Shown one piece after another: positions 16,627-23,557 of a DNA stretch of 64,000 nucleotides. The notes beneath the pieces are model-generated. The model saw only the letters and a program-made list of their open reading frames with translations. It searched no databases and was not told where the DNA came from. Positions within the stretch are counted from its first letter, which is position 1, and every line of letters starts with the position of its first letter. The stretch covers positions 1 to 64,000 of IMG/VR virus record IMGVR_UViG_3300023223_000599. One strand, 5' to 3'. This DNA comes from a virus. The translations under genes and the position numbers were made by a program.

Positions 16627-16889
16627 AGAGTTTTAACAACTTCTTGGAGATATTCGATCACACTTAAAACAGATTTTTTATCCATATTGAAATCAATTGT
16701 TTCATCTAGGAGGGTTGAATGCTTGTTTTTCATGAAACCGCAAACACTGACAATAATTCTCTTGTGTTTGTCTTGGCCTTTTATAGGGGCCATTGAAACG
16801 CTCACCCGACTATCTACGCTGCTGATACTCATGACGTCCATAATGGTTAATTTATCATCAACAACATTTGTTATTATTGCTTGTTCCAT
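16623..16889 (-). CDS. hypothetical protein
   Basis: 88-aa ORF with TAATG coupling upstream. Confidence 0.55.
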   Translation of the reverse strand: MEQAIITNVVDDKLTIMDVMSISSVDSRVSVSMAPIKGQDKHKRIIVSVCGFMKNKHSTLLDETIDFNMDKKSVLSVIEYLQEVVKTL

Positions 16890-17062
16890 TATGACAAGCC
16901 TTCCAAAGTCTTTTTCAAGGCCTTCTTCTCAATCAATTCAAGCCTCAATTCTTTCATCTCTTCTTCAAGACTTTTAATCCTTGAATTTGTGATACTAAGT
17001 TCAAGCTCTGGGCTCATGTTATCTGTGCCCCATCCCCATTTTTTACTTTTTAAACCCATCAT
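16889..17062 (-). CDS. hypothetical coiled-coil protein (57 aa, below cutoff)
   Basis: ATG 17062 forms an ATGA overlap with the 17059 stop. My translation: MMGLKSKKWGWGTDNMSPELELSITNSRIKSLEEEMKELRLELIEKK... Confidence 0.45.
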   Translation of the reverse strand: MMGLKSKKWGWGTDNMSPELELSITNSRIKSLEEEMKELRLELIEKKALKKTLEGLS

Positions 17063-17271
17063 TCTTCACCTTCAAAATCCTTGCATGTTGAGCCCTTATT
17101 TAGGAATCCAACAATTTTGTCTTTTCCAACATTCATTTTATCGCTGACATCCCAATGACCCATTTCACATTTAAACTCGGCGCTCTCTCCGGGGGTGTAT
17201 TCACTATAAGCTGGACAACCACTATCAAAGACGCAAAACTTACAATCCAGGCATTTGTATTTTTCGTTCAT
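17059..17271 (-). CDS. Cys-rich mini-protein
   Basis: 70 aa with CLDCKFC...C...C...C. Confidence 0.55.
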   Translation of the reverse strand: MNEKYKCLDCKFCVFDSGCPAYSEYTPGESAEFKCEMGHWDVSDKMNVGKDKIVGFLNKGSTCKDFEGEE

Positions 17272-17477
17272 TATGAAGCCGCCTTACTAATAGCCCAAAT
17301 CATCATACAAGCCATAAACACCAAAAGAATCACTAATGAAAATTCACCAACTCCGTTTTTGATATATTCCCATCTCCTTATATCAATATCTTTTTCGTTA
17401 TCCAAACTTTTATAGTTCATATATTGAGCAAATAAACCACCAGAAACAAATCCTAAAAATAAATACAGTGCAATCAT
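17271..17477 (-). CDS. small membrane protein (2 predicted TM)
   Basis: 68 aa. Hydrophobic stretches IALYLFLGFVSGGLFA and FSLVILLVFMACMMIWAI. Confidence 0.55.
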   Translation of the reverse strand: MIALYLFLGFVSGGLFAQYMNYKSLDNEKDIDIRRWEYIKNGVGEFSLVILLVFMACMMIWAISKAAS

Positions 17478-17669
17478 TTATTCCTCCCACCCAATTGTGA
17501 CATTTCCAGGCTTAACACCCAAGGCATCAGCTATCTCTTGACATAAATTGATCTTCAATGATTTCCATGGACCATCTGAACCTGATTCAATAAATGATTT
17601 TATCAGCATTCTTTGAAAATCTGGCTCATCCATCAATTCAAACATTTGATCCTTTGTATAAGATATCAC
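17478..17669 (-). CDS. hypothetical acidic protein
   Basis: The track ORF is trimmed to GTG 17669 (GTGA overlap with the 30-aa ORF upstream). An alternative ATG lies at 17642. Confidence 0.4.
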   Translation of the reverse strand: MISYTKDQMFELMDEPDFQRMLIKSFIESGSDGPWKSLKINLCQEIADALGVKPGNVTIGWEE

Positions 17670-17758
17670 CTCGACCCCAACCCCATCTTCACGGCACAGA
17701 AGACGATAAAAGAAACAACGACAACCAACAATGTGAATGCTTCGATGTTGCTCATCAT
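17666..17758 (-). CDS. possible 30-aa hydrophobic peptide
   Basis: ATG 17758 forms an ATGA overlap with the 17755 stop. My translation: MMSNIEAFTLLVVVVSFIVFCAVKMGLGSR. Confidence 0.3.
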   Translation of the reverse strand: MMSNIEAFTLLVVVVSFIVFCAVKMGLGSR

Positions 17759-17967
17759 GATCTCCATATCCATCTAAACAATTCAAGAAGCCCATAAGAA
17801 ACCCCGCCAATTAATGCGATTGTGAATATCCACCCGCCAATGTCTCTCACAGCTCGTTTTATGGGCGTTCTATCTGGTATTTTATCCCACCAATCGGATG
17901 AGGTGCATATGGACATGCCAACAAGCAACCCGATTACATAGGCGGCGTACATTGATAAATAACTCAT
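17755..17967 (-). CDS. small membrane protein
   Basis: The track ORF is trimmed to ATG 17967 (ATGA overlap with the 17964 stop). Hydrophobic stretches YAAYVIGLLVGMSI and WIFTIALIGGVSYGLL. Confidence 0.5.
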   Translation of the reverse strand: MSYLSMYAAYVIGLLVGMSICTSSDWWDKIPDRTPIKRAVRDIGGWIFTIALIGGVSYGLLELFRWIWRS

Positions 17968-18161
17968 CGCCCAATCGCTCCCTTTGATAAAACAATGATG
18001 CATTTCTTACAAACTGTTTTGTCTGCAAATTGCAAACGGTCAAGTTTTGCCTTGTTGTTTTCATCAAAAGAGATGCCAACAAAATTTTTCATGAGCTTTT
18101 CCTCGTCACATAAAAAGCAATAATAACATTCTTCATGACTGTGCGTTTTACTGTTTGGCAC
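17964..18161 (-). CDS. zinc-ribbon mini-protein
   Basis: 65 aa with CYYCFLC...CKKC. Confidence 0.55.
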   Translation of the reverse strand: MPNSKTHSHEECYYCFLCDEEKLMKNFVGISFDENNKAKLDRLQFADKTVCKKCIIVLSKGAIGR

Positions 18162-18352
18162 TAGTTATCCTCCAATAAATCATCAACAAACTTATCAATC
18201 TTTTCAAAGTTATAAAGAGCCAAATCATCCGGCCTGACATTTCCCAATAATGGATTCGGTGTTGTCATCCAAAGATGAGCCTTTGCTTCATCACCTTGAA
18301 AAGCATTTTTGATCTTTTCATGCAGTTCATAGAATCGCTTTGGGCTACTCAT
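18161..18352 (-). CDS. MbcA/ParS-type antitoxin toxin-binding domain (DUF2384-like), stand-alone
   Basis: 63 aa. EAKAHLWMTTPNPLLGNVRPDDLALYNFEKIDKFVDDL matches the A..W...PNP.LGG..P..L signature of DUF2384 as I remember it. No RES-type partner is adjacent. Confidence 0.5.
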   Translation of the reverse strand: MSSPKRFYELHEKIKNAFQGDEAKAHLWMTTPNPLLGNVRPDDLALYNFEKIDKFVDDLLEDN

Positions 18353-18741
18353 CTCACATCCCTAAATAAAACCTTAAGACCGAGTAAAGTTTCTTTGTGA
18401 CAATCGTATATCTGCCCATAATGAACGGAGTGTATAATTGCATGGCGTTGATCGTGGGTAATGGCAACGTATTTAATTGACCCTTTTTTATCTCGCATTA
18501 AAATATTTCCTACAAGATTAACAAGTTCGACGCCTTGCTCTTTCTTACCTGTCACATCAAGAAGGTTTTCATCACCCTGTTCATCATTGAGGTATTCGTA
18601 AATTATTTTAAGCAATCTATGGTCAGACATATGCGTTTGCATTGGCCCAACTTCACCAAGCGGCGACGCTCTAATATCGAACCTATCAGAAAGCATTGTT
18701 TTTATTTCGGCAAATATTGGTTTCTTTTTACTCATCATCAC
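18349..18741 (-). CDS. hypothetical protein
   Basis: 130-aa ORF. Confidence 0.6.
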   Translation of the reverse strand: MMMSKKKPIFAEIKTMLSDRFDIRASPLGEVGPMQTHMSDHRLLKIIYEYLNDEQGDENLLDVTGKKEQGVELVNLVGNILMRDKKGSIKYVAITHDQRHAIIHSVHYGQIYDCHKETLLGLKVLFRDVR

Positions 18742-18979
18742 ACCAAGCCTTAAAAATCATCCCTGCAGTAAGCAATGGAAATACAAACATCCAAAGAAAA
18801 CAAATGCACAACCAAAGCCATCCAATACGCATGAAGAATTGATTGCAATAATCCCACGGTTCAACAAGGGTTATTGATATCAGCCAATGATGAGATTCAA
18901 TAGCCATTCCCAAGAGGAAATATGAAACGATGAACGATAACACAGCCTCAACAATAGTTTTTTCTTTTTTAGTCATCAT
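18728..18979 (-). CDS. membrane protein (about 3 TM)
   Basis: The track ORF is trimmed to ATG 18979 (MMTKKEKT...). Hydrophobic stretches VLSFIVSYFLLGMAI and WLWLCICFLWMFVFPLLTAGMIF. Confidence 0.5.
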   Translation of the reverse strand: MMTKKEKTIVEAVLSFIVSYFLLGMAIESHHWLISITLVEPWDYCNQFFMRIGWLWLCICFLWMFVFPLLTAGMIFKAWCDDE

Positions 18980-19214
18980 ATTCCCCACGCTTAACAAGTT
19001 CTGAGATTATCAAATCATCACGAATATATTTTAGATCTTTATAATAGATTTTATTACTAATGCGGCGTTCCTCAAGTTCGTTCTTGAGCCGCTTGGTGGG
19101 CATATCGACAATACTTGGGCCCCGTTTGTGACCCATTGCAAGAGCTGCCATAACTGCCAATTTGTTATAATTTTTATATTCAAGTGGCTTTGCTTCTTTT
19201 CTTTCTTCGTCCAT
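18969..19214 (-). CDS. hypothetical protein
   Basis: The track ORF is trimmed to ATG 19214 (TGATG overlap). Confidence 0.5.
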   Translation of the reverse strand: MDEERKEAKPLEYKNYNKLAVMAALAMGHKRGPSIVDMPTKRLKNELEERRISNKIYYKDLKYIRDDLIISELVKRGEYDD

Positions 19215-19441
19215 CACTTCATCTCCACCCATTTATTATCACCGATTCGGCGCCACATTGTGCCATTTTTTAACCTGACATAAAAACTACCAGAAGATCC
19301 GGTTTTCATTTCGACAACCTTTGATTTTGGCAGCGGTTGACCTGATGAAGCTTTATAAATCAATTCGCGGAACATCACGATAAAAAGAAGCCCCATGCCT
19401 AAAAACACACAAAACAATAATGTTTTCTGGCTCTTATCCAT
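19214..19441 (-). CDS. small N-terminally anchored membrane protein
   Basis: The track ORF is trimmed to ATG 19441 (TGATG overlap). Hydrophobic stretch TLLFCVFLGMGLLFIVMF. Confidence 0.5.
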   Translation of the reverse strand: MDKSQKTLLFCVFLGMGLLFIVMFRELIYKASSGQPLPKSKVVEMKTGSSGSFYVRLKNGTMWRRIGDNKWVEMK

Positions 19442-19845
19442 CAACCGCCCCTCAATCTTTTTCCGCAATCCCTACAAAAGTTACTATGCATTGAAGGATG
19501 ACTTCTTGCGCAACCTTGAACCCTAAACGGGATGACTTTGGAAGCATAAAACAATACATGGTCATCTTCATCATTAAATTCAGTGTGAACTTTAAAAGTT
19601 GTTTCGATATGTTTTAGGCCATCAATTTTATGCTCCGACATCACGGAACAAGTTTTTCTTGTTAGCCTTTGTTCGATAACATTATTCATTTCAGCTCTCA
19701 AAATCTTAATCATATCCGTGTGACCACCCTTGAGTCTGACAGAAGACCATATCTTTTCAACGTCTTTATCGCTAAGAAGATCAAGACTAACATCCTTATG
19801 ATTAACTCTTTCGTGCAATTCGCTAAAATTACTCACTTCACCCAT
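19441..19845 (-). CDS. hypothetical protein with CRDCGKRLR C-terminus
   Basis: 134 aa ending HSNFCRDCGKRLRGG, the same terminal motif as the 14460 and 14884 products. Confidence 0.6.
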   Translation of the reverse strand: MGEVSNFSELHERVNHKDVSLDLLSDKDVEKIWSSVRLKGGHTDMIKILRAEMNNVIEQRLTRKTCSVMSEHKIDGLKHIETTFKVHTEFNDEDDHVLFYASKVIPFRVQGCARSHPSMHSNFCRDCGKRLRGG

Positions 19846-20099
19846 CCAATCAATTTGTCAATGTATTCATCACTAAGCTTTGAGCAAGTGTATAGAAGAC
19901 CTTTGGCCGTCATTGGAGTGTTAAAATTCAAATCTTTATTGATTGAACCATCACGATTACAGAAGAACATGTCTAGCCCTGGCGTACTTGTCACCATTGC
20001 AGTTTTTCCACTTTTCCTATAGATTGGCAAATCAACAACACACCCTGCAATCATGGCATCAAGAACGGCTTTTAATTTTTCTGTGTCTGTGTATTTCAT
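19833..20099 (-). CDS. hypothetical protein
   Basis: The track ORF is trimmed to ATG 20099 (TAATG overlap; MKYTDTEKLK...). Confidence 0.55.
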   Translation of the reverse strand: MKYTDTEKLKAVLDAMIAGCVVDLPIYRKSGKTAMVTSTPGLDMFFCNRDGSINKDLNFNTPMTAKGLLYTCSKLSDEYIDKLIGWVK

Positions 20100-20635
20100 T
20101 AGAACCACAAAGAACAGAGATAAACACCACAAAGCTTGTCACCATGTTCAATATCATATTTTTCCAAGAACTGACAAATAACGCTTGTCATCTCACCCGA
20201 TTCATACGATCTCAAAATGAAATCGTCAACTGATTGAGGTTCATCCCAATCTCCGTGAACGCCCCAACCATTAAACGACAAGACAACCTCATAGGCGTCA
20301 CCGCTGCCACTCCAAATCTCGACAACTGGACAAAGACTTAACTTTTCTTTAAAATCTCTTTCAGCCGCATAATTTTCATCACTCAACCTATTGCGCAATT
20401 CAGTTATCTTAATCTGTTCGGTAGTTGTCGGATTTTCCCAATGTTTTAATCCATTGTCGTATTCAGGCAACCATTCGCCGTCATCGCCAAACAATTTATT
20501 AATTTCCTTATAACCGTTGACCTTAAGCCACCATTTATCCAGGTCACTATTCCCATCTTCATCTGTCCAAGGAAATTCAAACCCCTCTTCAAAAATCATT
20601 CCGTAACACAAATTACTACTAGCTCTGTTTCCCAT
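20099..20635 (-). CDS. hypothetical acidic Trp-rich protein
   Basis: 178 aa, the first gene after a promoter. Leader is TAGAAAAGGAGAACTATAAAATG. Confidence 0.65.
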   Translation of the reverse strand: MGNRASSNLCYGMIFEEGFEFPWTDEDGNSDLDKWWLKVNGYKEINKLFGDDGEWLPEYDNGLKHWENPTTTEQIKITELRNRLSDENYAAERDFKEKLSLCPVVEIWSGSGDAYEVVLSFNGWGVHGDWDEPQSVDDFILRSYESGEMTSVICQFLEKYDIEHGDKLCGVYLCSLWF

Positions 20636-20661
20636 TTTATAGTTCTCCTTTTCTATTAAGC

Positions 20662-20690
20662 ATCTTAAATAAGCTGTTGTCTTTTGTCAA
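20662..20690 (-). promoter_or_regulatory. sigma70-like promoter candidate
   Basis: Coding strand reads TTGACA-(17 nt)-TAAGAT in TTGACAAAAGACAAC (the motif in opposite orientation), then GCTTAATAGAAAAGGAG. The -35 overlaps the exonuclease stop. Confidence 0.6.
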
Positions 20691-21370
20691 GCCGCATTCT
20701 TATCTTTAAGAAACTTTTTATAAGTTTCAATTGCGTCTTCATGATTGGGGTTATTAAGAAGCGCCCACGTTTGCTTAAGTCGAATCGGAACCTTAACCCT
20801 CAAGCGTTGTTCTTTATTTACCGGGTCAATGATGCTTGGTGCATTCATGATCAAATCAAGCAATCTCCTTGTCAAGTTAACGTCTTGCAAACAATAATCA
20901 GTGGTGAGCCCAATCTTCCCACGCTGCCACCAGATAGGGGCATGGGCTCCGTTACCGTTCTTTTTCAGGCCGAGATTGGCAATAGATAATGGGTCTAATC
21001 CATATCCTTTATGCATCTTATGCTCACTCACTCCCTTTGCATCTGACACTGCAGCCCAAACAGCTCTCATGATGTCAAAGTTCTTTTCTTTGGGAATTGT
21101 GATACCAAAAACAGCTTCAATAACTTTGTTATCAAAGCGTTCATGATTGAATCCAATAATATATTCACGGCTTGCAACAAGTCTTGCAAATTCTTCAATA
21201 TTGTCACGCATGAAAATGCGGTATTGGCGCTCTACATAGTCATAGACAACCAAGACACTCATGCCCATACCTTTGTGATCACCCCACCCTTTGCAATATT
21301 CAATGCCTTCAATCTTCTTTTCACCTTTGGCAAGTATGGCCTTTTCAATTTCTAAGTCGTATACAAGCAT
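20687..21370 (-). CDS. DEDDy-type 3'-5' exonuclease (DnaQ/PolB-exo-like)
   Basis: Three motifs: Exo I VYDLEIE, Exo II IGFNHERFDNKVI, Exo III YCLQDVNLT. 227 aa. Confidence 0.7.
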   Translation of the reverse strand: MLVYDLEIEKAILAKGEKKIEGIEYCKGWGDHKGMGMSVLVVYDYVERQYRIFMRDNIEEFARLVASREYIIGFNHERFDNKVIEAVFGITIPKEKNFDIMRAVWAAVSDAKGVSEHKMHKGYGLDPLSIANLGLKKNGNGAHAPIWWQRGKIGLTTDYCLQDVNLTRRLLDLIMNAPSIIDPVNKEQRLRVKVPIRLKQTWALLNNPNHEDAIETYKKFLKDKNAA

Positions 21371-21384
21371 TCTTCTCTCCTGTT

Positions 21385-21603
21385 TTAAGATTTATCTTTT
21401 CTGTCAACATCGGCAATGATGGACACAACTCTATCAGTGGCTTTTTTCAAACATTTTAAAGCGTCTTCTTCTGTCATGAGACTGTCAGAGGCCATTTGCA
21501 GGATGACCAAACTGCTTATAGCGTATGCCAAGCTATTAATTTTATCTTTACGCACCCAAGCATTATAGAATTTATTGATGGGGTAGTCATTATTCATCAT
21601 CAA
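21385..21603 (-). CDS. hypothetical protein
   Basis: 72-aa ORF. Confidence 0.55.
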   Translation of the reverse strand: MMMNNDYPINKFYNAWVRKDKINSLAYAISSLVILQMASDSLMTEEDALKCLKKATDRVVSIIADVDRKDKS

Positions 21604-21844
21604 TCACCTTCACATCTTTATCCGTCAAATTCTTTGACGCTCCGTCAATCATGTTCATTGTGGTGATGTCATCACCTTTAAAGAATGCATCTACAAACAA
21701 TTCACGTGTTTCTTTTGGCCATTTCATTCTAGGGTGGCAGCAAGAGAAATCAGGGCAGCATTGCCCACCCTCAACACCGTCAAAGTCATGATCATGCATG
21801 CTTTCGCCCTCAAGCCATAGGGCTAATTGTTCGTTAGGCTTCAT
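21590..21844 (-). CDS. hypothetical Cys-containing acidic protein
   Basis: Start set to ATG 21844, one codon inside the track ORF. It is coupled to the upstream TGA. Confidence 0.55.
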   Translation of the reverse strand: MKPNEQLALWLEGESMHDHDFDGVEGGQCCPDFSCCHPRMKWPKETRELFVDAFFKGDDITTMNMIDGASKNLTDKDVKVIDDE

Positions 21845-22002
21845 CAAATCAACATCCCATCTTCAAAGAAGTTCGTATTGTCATCAAATAGTTCGATACA
21901 TTCAATACACTCACCACTGACAATCTCGTTCTTGTCCTTTTTGTCACCGCAACTATTACAGCGCCCGTTGAATGTCCACGCGGCTAAGTTTCTTTTATTC
22001 AT
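21844..22002 (-). CDS. zinc-ribbon mini-protein (52 aa, below cutoff)
   Basis: ATG 22002 overlaps the end of 21995..22894 by 8 nt. Contains CNSCG...CIEC. Confidence 0.4.
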   Translation of the reverse strand: MNKRNLAAWTFNGRCNSCGDKKDKNEIVSGECIECIELFDDNTNFFEDGMLI

Positions 22003-22894
22003 GGATGGGGCCTAAGTCGATGATTTCAGAAATTTCATTAAAGAAAGTGTCCTGATATGCCGGTATTGGATGCTGGTTAACAAGTGGTTTTAAAACAACG
22101 GCATTTCTATTTAATGATGATAGTTTAACTTTCATAAACAATCCACCTTCTTCCAATGTAAACTCATGACCAACCGGCAATTCACCAAAGGTGGTCTTCT
22201 TTTCATTAACATGGTCAACCTCTTTCTTGAAAGCTTGTGCAATATCATTGAATGCTGGAATAACATGTTTTTCAACAACTCCACCAACAAGGTTCACACA
22301 CTTTGCCGCCAATTCATAATCAACAATGGCCATTGGCACAACGTCAAGTGGGAATGAACCACCATTGGGCTTGTCACCCGCCTTCATAACTCTGTGAGTT
22401 TTATCTTTAATCCACGGTGTACCGGCTGGCTTTTCTTCATAAACATGTTTCTTAGGATCGAAGGCCGCGAACATTCCACGTTTGTCACGTTCAGCGGCGT
22501 CATTAAATTGATCCATAATTTTCTTTTTAAGGTTTGGTGTGTGTGGGGTTTTTTTGTTAATGTCGCCAGTAATCTTTTTTACTGCATTAGCAAGATGATA
22601 ATTGGCGGCGTCAAGTTCATGAGTTTCACTTTCTTCCTTCTTCATTTCAACACTGGCCAATTCAACAACGATGTCTTCAAAACGTGTTTCATCATCGCCT
22701 GGAACAATAGGCCCATCATCAACAAAGACCACCATGTGAAGATTTGCGAGACATCCTGATTCACGTGTGATTGACCATTCTGTGCAATGAATTTCTACTG
22801 ATGGATCTGCCACGTTAATAAATTGGTCATCAAGCCCTTCAGGATCAATGATTAGTTTGACGGCGCCTATTTTCATGAATTCTTTGTGTTTCAA
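21995..22894 (-). CDS. hypothetical protein
   Basis: 299-aa ORF. No domain recognised. Confidence 0.65.
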   Translation of the reverse strand: MKHKEFMKIGAVKLIIDPEGLDDQFINVADPSVEIHCTEWSITRESGCLANLHMVVFVDDGPIVPGDDETRFEDIVVELASVEMKKEESETHELDAANYHLANAVKKITGDINKKTPHTPNLKKKIMDQFNDAAERDKRGMFAAFDPKKHVYEEKPAGTPWIKDKTHRVMKAGDKPNGGSFPLDVVPMAIVDYELAAKCVNLVGGVVEKHVIPAFNDIAQAFKKEVDHVNEKKTTFGELPVGHEFTLEEGGLFMKVKLSSLNRNAVVLKPLVNQHPIPAYQDTFFNEISEIIDLGPIHE

Positions 22895-23223
22895 GACAAT
22901 TCCTCATCTCTGTTAGCAATTCGATTTGCCAAGTGCCCTAGAAGATCACGAATGCCTTTAGGATTTTGATCATGATGACTAAAATGGCTTTTTTCAACCA
23001 ATGGCGCAAGAACCCTAATCACATAAATCATGTCGTTGAAAAGCGTTGTTTCGTCATCTTCGACCACTTCACAATTCTTCACATCCCGATAAAGTTTTTT
23101 TACCCGATCAAAATCATCTTCATCAAATTCCGTATCACCAACGGCAACAGCGCTGCTAATAGATGCCAAATATCTTATGTCATTAATGACTGATTCGCCA
23201 ACAATATATTTCTTATCACTCAT
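22891..23223 (-). CDS. hypothetical protein
   Basis: 110-aa ORF with ATGA overlap. Confidence 0.6.
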   Translation of the reverse strand: MSDKKYIVGESVINDIRYLASISSAVAVGDTEFDEDDFDRVKKLYRDVKNCEVVEDDETTLFNDMIYVIRVLAPLVEKSHFSHHDQNPKGIRDLLGHLANRIANRDEELS

Positions 23224-23471
23224 TTATTCCCCCTCATTGCTATCAGTTTAGAGACATCGGCTAAAGCTTCTGCAACTGTTCGGCCTTTTAAAACTTCCAC
23301 CTCTAACCTTGTTCCGATTAGCGCATTTTCGTAGTTGATATTATGCGCGCGACAAAATCTAAATATTTCATTTTGATGAACGCATACTAGGGCATAATCT
23401 TTTTGCCTCTCTGCAGCCATGATAAGTGACATTTGGTCTAAACAATGATTTCTTTGTTCGTCTTGATTCAA
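23220..23471 (-). CDS. hypothetical protein
   Basis: 83 aa. TTG start preceded by TAGAAAAGGAGGACTAAA. Confidence 0.55.
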   Translation of the reverse strand: MNQDEQRNHCLDQMSLIMAAERQKDYALVCVHQNEIFRFCRAHNINYENALIGTRLEVEVLKGRTVAEALADVSKLIAMRGNK

Positions 23472-23495
23472 TTTAGTCCTCCTTTTCTAAAAACC

Positions 23496-23524
23496 ATAAT
23501 AACCAACTGGTTTACAAAAGACAA
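23496..23524 (-). promoter_or_regulatory. sigma70-like promoter candidate
   Basis: Coding strand reads TTGTCT-(17 nt)-TATTAT in GTTGTCTTTTGTAAA, in the gap after the primase-helicase stop. Confidence 0.55.
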
Positions 23525-23557
23525 CAACAAAATTGATATTTTTTAATATTTCTTTCA

